Assembly: GCA_016748015.1 (NCBI GenBank)
Contig: JAAOMT010000034.1
Location: 248,001 to 312,000, forward strand
Origin: Geosiphon pyriformis uo1
Taxonomy: Eukaryota > Fungi > Glomeromycota
Length of the DNA: 64,000 nt
Direction: 5' to 3'
Within the stretch, counting starts at the first letter, position 1. Each line of letters begins with the position of its first letter. The notes beneath the pieces were generated by a model that saw nothing but the letters and a program-made list of their open reading frames with translations, had not been told where the DNA came from and made no database searches. Positions 47,418 through 64,000 of the stretch are shown here, in pieces. The position numbers and the translations under genes were made by a program.

Positions 47418-50057
47418 TTATGTTCTAATTTGAAATTTTCCAGCTTTTGTTAAGCTTCTTACTCCCTAAATTTCAAAAAACAATGAAATTAGATCAAATC
47501 AAAAAATTTATAAGAATATTGAAGTTATCAAATCTAACCTTATATGGTTTGTAACCTTCATTGTAAAGCTTTAAACTATCTACTTTGAGCCCCGATATTG
47601 CATACATATTAATCTGGAACTCGAGGCTGATGGTATGACCAGATTCCGGTGTTTGCTCACTATGTATCGAAATATTAAAAAAATCGAATGGTCAAAGGCT
47701 TTTATTAATATTACTGATTTCTGTAAATGAAATAATATCTTCAACACTTACGAACTGGTAAAGTTACCCGAAAGACAGGGTACTCTTTCCTTTGGCTTTA
47801 TCTTTCCCAGATCCCATCGTATACACTATAATATCATCATAATGGTTCAAATATTTAGTATTTCTATGTAAGAATTAACAATAAAGTGAGAACAGTTTAA
47901 CATTGAAATAGAAATATTTAATTCACCTTTGTGACTGGGTCAAAAATGTAAGAGCCAACATTACATTTAGCATTAACATTTAACACAGATTTTCCCAATG
48001 GAAACACTAGCAATACATTTTCAACAGGTTTGCCATCTGTATTTCTTATACTAATAGTTATATCGAATCTACCTGGTAGGTTGGTAAATCGCCAGAGAGT
48101 CCATGAATAATTTTATAATCTTTAATGTGAAAAATAAGTTTATCACTTAAATTCAATAATCAGCCATACCACCAGTATTTCCAATATGAATCTGTGGTTT
48201 TACGTAAATAGGTAAGACTTGATGATGTGGAAGATTTACTCTATGTCAAGGTAAAAAAAAACTTTGTTGATAATTTTGTGATTTATTAAAGTCCAGCAAA
48301 GTAGAAATAATTTGAGATGCAAAACTTACCGATAACTCATTAATTTAAAATGCCCATCTGGTGGAACAAAAGAGAGGACTCGTTCATTTTCAAATTTGTT
48401 GTATCGAACACATGGATGAAAACTGCAGTCATCCAAAACTTTCGGGTTAATAAAACTTAAAGTAAGATCTGGCATGCCTTTATAATTGGAAAGATGAGTT
48501 TCATATTTACAATTTTTACTTTGAATTAACCACAGCAAATCTGATCATTTTGATGCAACATACCTGTTAACCTACAATTCGCCTGTATAACCCCGTGAGT
48601 TTCAGATGAAACTATTGCACCATTACTGCCGGATTCAAGAAGAATATGAAAATAATTTTAATTTAATTCAAAAATATAGTTCTTAATAAACTATAAGACA
48701 AGATAAATTACCTATCCACAATCGCATCTATTTCTTCCACGACATCAAAATAGATCTCGTTATTATTATATTTCACCCCAGCTTTTCTCCAAGGTATACT
48801 TGACAATGTACCATTGGGAACATTATTACCCACGCTGTGATGGAAAAATCAAAATTAAAATACTAAGATTCTATTAAAAAGTAAACAATGGTAAAAAAAT
48901 ATAATCTAATATCCCTTACTTGGTTACGCCGGCAACTTGGCTGATTACCTTGTTCATAATAGTAGGTGGTACTATCATGTCCTTTAGAGCGTTGGGTTCG
49001 GTAGTTAATGGATAGCCTACAAAAAGAATATAATAAACAATAATGAGGCATTACTCATAATTGGAAAGTGTACTCTTTTATCAGAATGGCCTAACCTACC
49101 ATAATCCATCATTTCTTCAAGAAGCTAAAAAATCAATTTATGAATCTTGAGCAATATAATTTATTAAAAAATTATCCCAATTTAATAGTTGAATCCTATG
49201 TCTCCAAACCTGATATACAATATCAAAATTATCTTTTATCGTGTTTTCAGAAACTTCGCCCAGATATTCAGTTAAAATATCGACTATCCGATGTTGGAAT
49301 TCAAGAACCATCAATGGGTCCACTGCAAAAGAATTAAAAATTTACATTAGTAACCAAATTTCGAAACGTTTAAGGTTCAAAAAGCAAGTATTTTAAAGAC
49401 TTGTAAAATGTTAAAACTTGAAATATTCGAAGACCGGGATATTTTCCGTACCGGCAACAAACTCCTAACATCTTAATTAGCCAAAAGAAATTTATCAAAT
49501 ATCTATAGCAACCTGAAGGGAAATCTGGACGGTAAATAATCATACTTTCTTATGAATCAACATGTAATTCTTGCATTTCTATCAGCCCAAAACATACTTT
49601 TAGGCCTTACACAATAAATAATCAGATAACCAAATTAATGAATTTGTGTAAAGTAGAAAATATCCCGGCATCAAAGTTTTATCCTTCTAATATAAAACTC
49701 CAGATATCTCCAGAACCCACCTTCACTGGAAACAGGACTCAAAAAAGTTAAATTTGAACGTTGAATGTGGACCAACTGATACTTGGACATAGAAAGCACA
49801 GGCGTCAATTCCTCAGGTGATGAAACTTTTCCAATTTGGTCATTGAAATAATCCACCACTTGTCGGTTAATTAGCCCTCGCCAATGTTTTTCGATGATGA
49901 TTCGACTGCCATTAATTGATATTAAAAAAAAGGATTATTGAATGAAGTTTTTACGTTAAATTTTGATTAACATCCAAAGAACAGTTGAAAAAAACGAATA
50001 CCATTAAAATAATGTATTATACCCAGTTGAGTTTAAGACAAAAAGACTGTCAATCAT
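47418..50057 (-). CDS. APM3: AP-3 adaptor complex mu subunit (multi-exon)
   Basis: [109 protein letters not shown]. Confidence 0.93.
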
Positions 50058-50570
50058 TATTTTTAGGTTTCAAAGCAAGAGAAGATATCTTTGTGTACTT
50101 GTGATTTCCCTTGAAATCAATTTCATTTTTATCATGGTAAATTGGGTGATATCTGAACCTGAAATCGATATGATTAATCATATGATATCAATTATTATTA
50201 TTATTATTATTATACCTATTATTTTAATAAAACTTTGCGCGCGTAGGCTACGAAATACAGGTTCCCTAAGCAATAGTCAAAATAATAACTTTTATTCACA
50301 GCTTTCAAATTCTCAAGTTTTGAGGTTTAACAGTACAAACTTTTTAAAGTTTGCATGAGTTGCTGACTGCAAGATATCTAGATAATGAATTTTTCAACTG
50401 CAAAGATAGTGAACGGCTAGCCGATCATTCAAATCGGAACTCAAAAAAAAATGATAATGATGTGGTTAATCTTAAATTTTCAGTTAATCTGTTAATAACA
50501 AGGAAATTAACAGTTGACTCAATATTATCGATACTTTGATTCCTAAAAACAAAAACTAAAAGAGTGTAAA
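50058..50570. promoter_or_regulatory. Putative bidirectional promoter between APM3 and SEC26
   Basis: About 510 bp between divergent ATGs; contains an (ATT)n tract at ~50191-50211 and a GCGCGCG cluster at ~50237. Confidence 0.55.
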
Positions 50571-53500
50571 ATGGCAACAGACACTTGCTACACTATAATC
50601 CACCAAGATGACAGTGCAGATCAACCTTCCATACAAGAACTGAAATCGGCCCTGGAAAAAGGCTCAGAAGAAGTCAAGATAGAAACCATGAAAAAAATAC
50701 TTGTTACAATGCTTAATGGGGATCAACTTCCACAACTATTAATGCAGGTCATTCGATTTGTCATGCCTTCGAAAAGCAAAACACTTAAAAAACTACTTCA
50801 TTTCTACTGGGAAATCTGCCCTAAAACAAATTCCGATGGAAAGCTCAAACAGGAAATGATTTTAGTATGGTAGGAATATTTGGATTTGATTGATTTCTTC
50901 ATTTGTTCTAGAAAAGGTTAAAAGTAAATTTAAAGGATCTATTTATTTATTTATCACGTGAAATCATCAAAACCAATTACATTCAACATCTTCTGTATTA
51001 ATAATTAACTTCAAGTTATTGTTTATCTGAATAAATTTCTTAAATTCTCAGCAATGCATTGCGAAATGATTTACAACATCCCAATGAGTATATAAGAGGT
51101 GCTACCCTGCGATTTTTATGCAAATTACGGGAACCCGAATTATTGGAACCTTTGTTGCCATCATGTCGATCTTGCTTGGTAATCATTAGTAAATCTCGAA
51201 TTTTAATAATTTAAAAAAGACTGACCACTTATTTTGATCACTCGTTTTTACAGGAACACCGACATTCTTATGTGCGAAAAAATGCGGTCTTTGCAATTTA
51301 TACCATTTATAAACATTTTGAATATTTAATACCAGACGCGCCAGAATTGATCCAGAGTTTTCTGGCTGCCGTAAGATGAAAAATCTTTGAATTAACCAAA
51401 AATTCCGACTAAAAATAACAAAAGTTTTCTCTCATATAATCTATCTACTAAGGAAGCAGATCAGACCAGCAAGCGGAACGCATTTGTGATGTTATGTAAC
51501 ACAAATCAAACACGCGCCGTGGAATACCTCAATAATGTGTTTGATCAGGTGCCAAATTTTGATGAGCTATTACAACTATCGGTCATAGAATTAATAAGGA
51601 AAGATTGTCGAAACAACAGTACCAATAGGGTAAGAGAAAGGATAATGTATTTTCCCTCGCTTTTCTTTTAATTTCATCTAATTAATCGAGATGTTTGTTA
51701 TTTAGGGCAAATACATTCGATGCATTTTTGATCTATTGAACGCTGCATCTCACTCAGTTAAATATGAGGCAGCTACATCATTGATTGCACTTACACATGC
51801 TCCTGCGGCTGTTAAAGGTACATTTTTCAGATCAATTTTGAAATCTTAAATAATTCCAAGGTCACATATATTAATTTGTTTTGCCTACTTCTAGCTGCTG
51901 CTGCATGCTATATTGAGCTCATAATAAAGGAATCCGATAATAACGTTAAGCTGATTGTTTTGGATCGTCTCGAAGAACTACGAGAGAAACACGAAAATAT
52001 TTTGGATGACCTAGTATTGGATATTTTGCGTGTGCTTTCAAGGTTAGTTTATTCCCTTTAAGAAGTTTGGGTCTTGTTTCATTTTTACATATTAAATATA
52101 TTCCGTAATTAGTCCAGATATCGAAGTTAGGCGAAAAGCTTTGCGGATTGGTTTAGAGTTGGTTTCAAATCGTAATGTTCAAGAAGTCGTCGTATTCCTC
52201 AAAAAAGAACTTGCTAAAACGATAGATCAAGATTTTGAAAAAGTAACATTTGAAATTCATTTCGACTTGTAAAATCTTCTTTCTTTTAAATTATATTTTA
52301 CTTTATAGAATACCGAATACCGACAATTGTTGATTCAGTCAATTCATTCCTGTGCAATAAAATTTTCTGAGGTTGCCGCAAATGTTGTCCATGTCCTAAT
52401 GGAATTTCTCGGTGACTCTAACAATCCCGCTGCCGTTGATGTTATCGCTTTTGTGCGGTAGGCTTATTTAGGCCAATTTATATCTAAAAATTAGCTTTCA
52501 AATTTCTAAGATGTGTTACTTTCTTTGCTTTTGGCAGCGAGGTCGTTGAAAAATTCCCTAATCTGCGATCTTCTATCACGGAAAAATTGCTTGAAACTTT
52601 CATGGATGTGAAATCTGGTAAAGTTTTTCGAGGTGCTCTATGGATTGTGGGAGAATATTGTGCAGACGTTCAAGGTATGAACCACTTTAAAAATCAAACC
52701 TTATAATCAATATACTAGTTTCGATATTATAATAATTTAATTTTCCTTTAGATATCGAAGATGCTTGGAAACAAATTCGAGCCGGGCTTGGGGAAATTCC
52801 TATTCTGGCATCAGAACAGGTGCGAATCATTCATAAAATTCATTCGGTAATAGCTATTTTATAATATTGTTAAACTGTCTTGCAATAGAGATTGCTCGAA
52901 GAGGCATCTAATGAAGAAAAAACAGAAGAAAGTACTGGCGATGGCAAAAACCCTGTAGCATCATCATCGCGTCGGATCCTGGCTGACGGGACATATGCCA
53001 CAGAGACTGCTTTTTCAAATAACTTATCGGCCCTTGCGAAGCTGGAAGCTGTGAAAGCAGCAGCAAAACCGCCAATTAGAGGTTCTTGTTTATTATAAAT
53101 TTTGTTGAAACTTCATCTTATTTAAGTTCTCAATTTAATCTCCGATATGCTTAAAAACAGCGTTATTGCTTAGTGGGGATTTCTTCATGGGCTCTGTGTT
53201 AGCATCTACTTTGACCAAACTAGTCATGCGATTTGCTGAAATATCAAAAGATTCTCAGCGAGTCAACGAACTCCGTGCTGAGGTAGAAATTTGTATATAT
53301 CAATTCATATATCATAGTCAAATCATCTGTCGTTCATATTTATCAGCTCCTAAACTCAAATACAGGCGATGCTTATAATGGTCAGTATTATCCGCGTTGG
53401 GGAGTCTCCATTCGTGACAACCCCTATCGATGAAGACTCGCATGATCGAATAATGTCATGCCTACACGTGTTAGAACAATTGTCCCGTGATACAGCCATT

Positions 53501-55290
53501 AAATCTGTGTTTCTACATGACACCAAAGCTTCATTTGCTCGCATTGTGGAAGCCGAAGAAGTCAGTCGAACTATGCTATAGTTTCTTTTCATAACTTGCT
53601 TCCAGTCGACTCACTAGAGGAGGTATGGTTTATTTTTGATTAATAGAAACGCACAGCAGCAAAAAAGGCCAAAGATAAATCGCCCACTGCTGTACAAGTT
53701 GATGATTTAATTATATTTCGACAATTTTCCAAAAGAAACCTGATGGATGAAAATGATGAGGTATGTCCAGAGCCCTATTTATTGAAGTGTAATATTTTCA
53801 GAGCTAAAAATATATACGAGATTATCAATATCAACAGCCTTCACTGGCGGTCTCAGCACTAATTACATTTTTATGAATGAATATCCTTGAACTCTATCTT
53901 AAAAAGTATTTGGCCTTAATAAAGAACCCCTTCCTTTACTTGAATATTTTGAAATTGCTAATTTTCTTACGAAATTCTTCGTAGTATGAACTGGATTTGA
54001 CACGTGCTACTGGGCAGGGTGACTTGCGTGATGACTTGATCTCAAAACTTAGTCGTGTCGTCCAACTTACAGGTATATGTAATATTTGTCTCTAATTTTC
54101 ATCAACACAATTTCTTATTTTCACCCATTTTCGAAGGTTTCTCCGATCCGGTTTATGCAGAAGCTTATGTGAATGTTCATCAATATGATATCCTTTTGGG
54201 TTTGGCTTTTCTCTTTCTTAATGATGTACTTGTCCTTCCCTTCAAATCTCATAAAAATTATCTTTTTTGGCTTACTCCCATCTAGATGTTTTGATAGTTA
54301 ATCAGACCAGTGAAACCCTGCAGAATCTATCATTAGAATTTGCAACACTGGGTGATTTAAAGCTGGTTGAAAGGCCTTCGCAGCATAATTTAGCACCTCA
54401 TGCCTTTCATAGTGTAAAAGCAACAATAAAGGTATACTTTCACTGATGTCAATGTATTTTTTGGACAAAGCTCATAAATATTGTTAAAACTTTAGGTGTC
54501 TTCGACCGAAACAGGTGTGATTTTTGGAAATATTGTCTACGATGGACCCGGGACTTCCGAGAGCAACTGTGTAGTGCTAAATGATATTCACATTGATATA
54601 ATGGATTATATCAATCCTGCTTTTTGTAACGAAACACAGGTAATTTTAATTAATTATTATTGGCTAATAAAAACATTTAATTACAAATACTTTTTTCTTT
54701 TATGTCGGTAATAGTTCCGCAGCATGTGGACAGAATTCGAATGGGAAAATAAAGTCAATGTTAATACCAACATCACGTATGCGCTCTTATTTTCGTTCTT
54801 TTTAGAAAAGGAAAGCAGTGAGAGACATGTCAATTATTTTTTAACTCGTATTCTGTTAAATTTCAGAGATTTACGTGAATATCTTCGGCATATCATGAAA
54901 TCAACCAACATGAGCTGCCTAACACCAGAACCTGCTCTTTCTGGCGATTGTGGATTTTTGTCGGCCAATATGTATGCCCGAAGTATTTTTGGTAAGGGAT
55001 CTTAAATATTTTGATTGATCATATATTTGGCAGTTTAATAATCTTAAATAAACCTAACTTAACCAAAAATAGGTGAAGATGCTTTAGCAAATCTCAGTAT
55101 TGAGAAGCAAGGAGATGGGGCAATTAATGGTCACGTCCGAATTCGTAGTAAAACCCAAGGAATTGCTTTAAGCCTAGGAGATAAGATTACATTAGGTAAG
55201 ATTTTTTTTATCCGTTGAAAATTTTGAATCAAGTATCTTTAACGTTTTTCCATTCTTTTTAAAATTTAAGCCCAAAAAACAGTTGCTTGA
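50571..55290 (+). CDS. SEC26: Coatomer subunit beta (beta-COP; about 20 exons)
   Basis: [23 protein letters not shown]...[105 protein letters not shown]. Confidence 0.97.
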
Positions 55291-55654
55291 GTTTTTGAAG
55301 ACAATTTCCATATTTCTTATAATTTAAAAAGTTTTTTCCGTTTCGTTAATTTAGAATTTGATAATTTCATTAGGCAAAAAAGTTGAACATAAATCTTCAA
55401 GGTGGAACCTGACGTGTTATCTCGCACAATTTCAATTAACCAATCAATTTTCGAATAGAGAATTTAGGAGTTTAAATTCTAAATCTCGGAAAGATTTGCT
55501 TTATTTGTTCGCTTCAATCTATTTCTTGAAGGGCCATCTTCTCTTCCATAGATGTCAGTTTAAATATAAAGTGTGGCGCTTGATCCTTTCTCCCGCGAAA
55601 TCTAATATGAACCAACAGCAATTTGTGTACCTATGATGTAATTTATTCATGTCA

Positions 55655-60121
<4,467 letters not shown>

Positions 60122-60475
60122 ATTCAGCTTAATAAAAACATTTTTTTAAAAAAGGCAACTAGGTGATTTTACAGCTCATGACTGATCCCATATGACCCAT
60201 AATAAATGCTTTATTTAAAAAAAAAATTATTTATTAGTGTAAAAAGATATTATTTAGTTCTCTAAAAAAAAAGGGGGTTTAATATTTTAATTTTACAATT
60301 TAAATAATTTTTTAATATTAATACTAAATTAAAATATTATTATTAATTGTTTAGTTTATTTTAAATAATAAGTCAATTACTTCAAAATATTTATTTTACA
60401 ATATTTGAATTTATTACTAATTTTTTATTTTTATAATACATTATTATCAAATAAAATTTGTATAAAATTATTTTT

Positions 60476-61087
60476 ATAATTCTTATTATTAATTAACAAA
60501 CAATATTATTTTTTAATTTAATTTATTATTTAGTTAAATTATTATTTATTGTTATTTAATTAATAATTTAATTTATATAAAACACAAATATAATTAAATG
60601 TAATAATTAAATTATATAATATTCAAGAATTTACTAAAAATATTTAACAATTTACTACAATATTTAATTATTTACTAAAATAATTTGATATTTATTAAAA
60701 TATTAACAAAAAAAATATATAAAACTTGAAATAGTATTGTAAAAAACTATATAAAAAATAGTTTTTTTTAAAAAATATATATTAAATTAGAAATAATTTA
60801 TTAAGTTTTAAATTAATTAAATAATTATTTTAAAACTTACAAAATTAATTAACTATTAATTTAATAATAATTTAATTATTTTAAATTTAAATAAAAAATA
60901 TTTTTTTGTATTATTTTTATTTTTTTATATTATTAAATAGTTTACAATTAAAATTTCTTGTAAAAAATTAATTTTTATAGCAAAATAACTATATATTATT
61001 AAATAAAAATTTTTGTAAAAAAATTAACTTTTATTGCAAAATAATTACACAAAATAATTGATATAAAATTGGTTATTTTATTATAAT
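60476..61087 (+). repeat. AT-rich dispersed repeat, copy 2
   Basis: Direct-orientation homologue of 38540-39310. Confidence 0.7.
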
Positions 61088-61486
61088 TCAAATTATAATT
61101 AGTTTTTTATAAGTTTTTTAATTTTAATTTTTTTTTTTATGTTTAATAAATAAAATTTTAACACAAATTTGTATAATATATTAAATTAAGTAATCTAAAC
61201 TAAATATAAATCATGTATTTTCTATATATAACCAATTATTTAAGCCAATTAAAACAATACTATATTAAAACAAAAAAAATCAGAAATAAATTCAGCTTAT
61301 TAATTTTATTAATAATATTATTTAAATTCTTAAAATCAAAAATAAACTTAATACTATTTTTTATATTATAACTTAATATATATTACAAAATTATATTATA
61401 TACTTAATAGTATTTTTACTCAAAAAAAAATTTAATAAACAGTATTTTATTATAATTTATATTATTAAAATTAATTTTAAATCTAT

Positions 61487-61577
61487 GGTCACGTGTAAAA
61501 AGCGCATAATTTGTTCTTAGTTTAGATCATTTGTATGATGTATGGCATTAGATCACATTTGGACCTTACTCATTAAA
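61487..61577 (+). mobile_element. Solo ~90-bp LINE 3'-UTR fragment (severely 5'-truncated copy or SINE-like)
   Basis: tggtcacgtgta...tagtttagatcatttgtatgatgtat...tttggaccttactcattaaa matches the 3' UTRs of LINE2 and LINE3 in the opposite orientation. Confidence 0.75.
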
Positions 61578-62091
61578 TTAAATTTAAAATTAACAATGTT
61601 TTTAAAAATACTAATCAGAAAATTAGAAAAATTGTTAATAGTATACTTTATAAAAAGCAAAATTTTTTTAACTTAATAAGTTTTAACAATATTATTATTT
61701 AGAAAACTGGTAACCAAAGTAGCCAAAAAACTAATGGACTTAATAATAGATTTTATTAAAACATCCAAGCTTAAGATTTAAGTTTTCAAATAATTTAATC
61801 TATATTTAATAATAGAATTAACAACAAAAACAACTAAAAAAACAGCAAATAAAAGAGCCAAAAAAGCAGAAATTATAGTATAAAACTTGTTATTAATAAA
61901 AAATAATACAAAAAACTTAAAGCTAACTATTAATTTAGAAAACATTTTACAAAACAAAAAAAATAACATCTTATAATTAATAAATAAATAATACAGATTT
62001 TGATACTTATAATAATAATAATATTTAAAAATTTTCTACCAGATATAATATTTGTACAAAGTACTAATTTTTATTATAGTAAACTCTAATT

Positions 62092-64000
62092 TTTTTTTTA
62101 TTAACATTTAACGAGTGAAGTCCAAACACTGCCTAGTGCAATACATCATACAAATGATCTAAACTAGGTGTGAATCATGCATTATCTACATGTGACCAGC
62201 CACTCGGACCAATCAGGACAATACTAAGCACCTATATGAACAGAAACCTCATCTCCTATGCCTGAAAAAAACAAACAAGACTTACAGAATCCAAAACCAA
62301 CACCAATTGCCTCAGCAACACCCAGCAGCCAAGTCATACCAGATGACAGCCCTAAAGAAAGCCCAGAAATCGAGACAGGAACTGATCCATCACACGGAAT
62401 AAGCCCATTTTTTTCCATAAAAGCATGGTGCTTGGCGCGAACCAACCAAATGTCTTTCCAAAAAGCCAAGCTAAACTCACGCACAAAGGCCACAATGTTC
62501 TGACCCACTATCCTGGAATTCTTGAAGACAGAAACAGACTCACGAAACCAATTCTTGAAAACAAAACCTTTGTATAGAGCAATACTAACTGAAATGTCAG
62601 ATACACAAGTAGACATCAGCTGTGAGACACTTGAGAAAGAATGAGCCAAACCAGAGTGCACACCCCAAACTGCTGCATAAACATCCAACAACTGAGCACA
62701 ACCATTGGCATCAAATGAACAAGAAAACACATGGTCTGAGACCTTAACATCACCGCAAAACAAAAACATCACACTGGGGTATTGCTTATCATAAAGCCGC
62801 TTACGCATGGTGACAGGGAGCCGATGGTGCAATGTTTTCATAAAGTAAGTCTGGAAACCAGCAGTCCGCTTGCTAGTGAAGCCAGCAGCCATGTGAAAAT
62901 CCGAATGCCAAACCAGTGATGACTTAAACCAATCAATATCTGTATGCAGACTATCTGCCACCACCCCCATACCACAACTAATTTCCCAATGTGCACGATG
63001 AACTGACTGAAAAATATCCTGAACAAAATGTCTAGAATTACCAGAAATGACTGTTCCCCCACCCCTAAGATAGTGTTCATCAACAGAATGGGACAGATGC
63101 CAACCAGAAAGAGCTGCAGTCCTAGCCAACTTATCAGCTCATTCATTGCCTAAAACCCCTGAGTGTCTTTTTATCTTACACCAATTAACTTTTAAATTCT
63201 TATGACAAATGACATTAACAATATGGCAGCATTCAATCCAACACCAATTCCTAAAATCTGGGCAAACCAATTCCATTTCCAACCTGCAAGCATTCAAAGC
63301 AGCCTGATTGTCTGAGAACAAGTTGACTGAGCGAGAAGAAGGGACGCACTCAAGTGCCAAAGCAATAGCCTGCAGTTCCGTCAAGGTAGAAGACATCAAA
63401 CCAGATACCCTCACATCCAAACCCATATCAATGTCCTCAAAGAAAACAGCAGCCCCAGCTTTCATGTCAACAGTCTTTAAATCACTCAGAGATCCATCTG
63501 TATAAACAGAAAAACAACCAACATTAGAATTGAATAAACCGGCGCCAATGATACCAAACTCATGAGACCAAAGAACATCTGAAGAGCCATGACTAGCCAA
63601 AAGTGTGGAGCAGACAGGAAGAAAAGACATGCCACCAAGAAAACAAACCAACAGCTCAAACCAGACAGGAACCAGACCATGTGGGTCTAACTGCTTCCAC
63701 TGTTTGAAGGTCTTCCACTCGAAAACAGTCCTATTTCAGTCCTGTAACTGGTCTATGAAAGCAATTTCATAATGCCGAAGTGAAGAGACACTCTTGACAT
63801 AATTTGATTCACCAAGAACAAGAGACATTGGGATTCCACCTTGACAACAAAAAGCACTAGTCAGAAAGCCACCCAATGACAAATCACATCCAGAGAAAAT
63901 ATGCACCACACCTGCCAGAAAATTGTTTAGAGAATTAACTTTGACATGAACTGGACACTGTAATGGATGTAGCGGGCGCCAGCAAAAGACTTGCAGATCA
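62092..64000 (-). mobile_element. LINE3: 3' part of a LINE2-family element (RNase H, zinc finger, 3' UTR, poly-A); continues off-window
   Basis: YTDGSL, TELQAIALAL, FSDNQAAL, KIKRHSGVLGNE, FCGDVKVSDHVFSC; stop at 62224; T-tract at ~62090-62099. Confidence 0.92.

Noticed and set aside
50101-50539. Short ORFs upstream of SEC26 (poly-Ile)
   Set aside because: They have non-ATG starts, the poly-Ile comes from an (ATT)n microsatellite, and they lie in the promoter/UTR interval.
61590-62090. Hydrophobic ORF 61778-61969, possibly an eroded LINE ORF1 end
   Set aside because: F/L/I/K richness follows from AT erosion, and I could not align it convincingly to any element.

Overview
Eukaryotic, intron-rich fungal DNA. 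Gene and TE style suggest an early-diverging Mucoromycota/Glomeromycotina fungus (Geosiphon-like); this is an inference, not a database result. The window has two compartments. (1) About 1-42.9 kb and 60.2-64 kb is a nested retroelement graveyard: three degenerate Ty3/gypsy elements (A, B, C; A and B carry dUTPase), three recognisable APE-RT LINEs (two show RNase H in-window), and an older LINE eroded to extreme AT-richness that serves as the landing pad. (2) About 43.0-60.1 kb is a TE-free, CpG-retaining island of five conserved genes: ECD/hSGT1, a THTPA-like CYTH gene with one in-frame TAG, AP-3 mu, beta-COP and RIX7/NVL. Two observations stand out. First, every gypsy element has an extra ~210-240 aa non-env ORF directly before the PPT, linked to a family-specific tandem motif array in U3 just upstream of the TATA box; this is a candidate cognate transactivator/anti-silencer-target module. 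Second, repeats show pervasive, transition-only, context-relaxed C>T/G>A hypermutation (RIP-like). All alignments were done by eye; coordinates of degenerate features are approximate.
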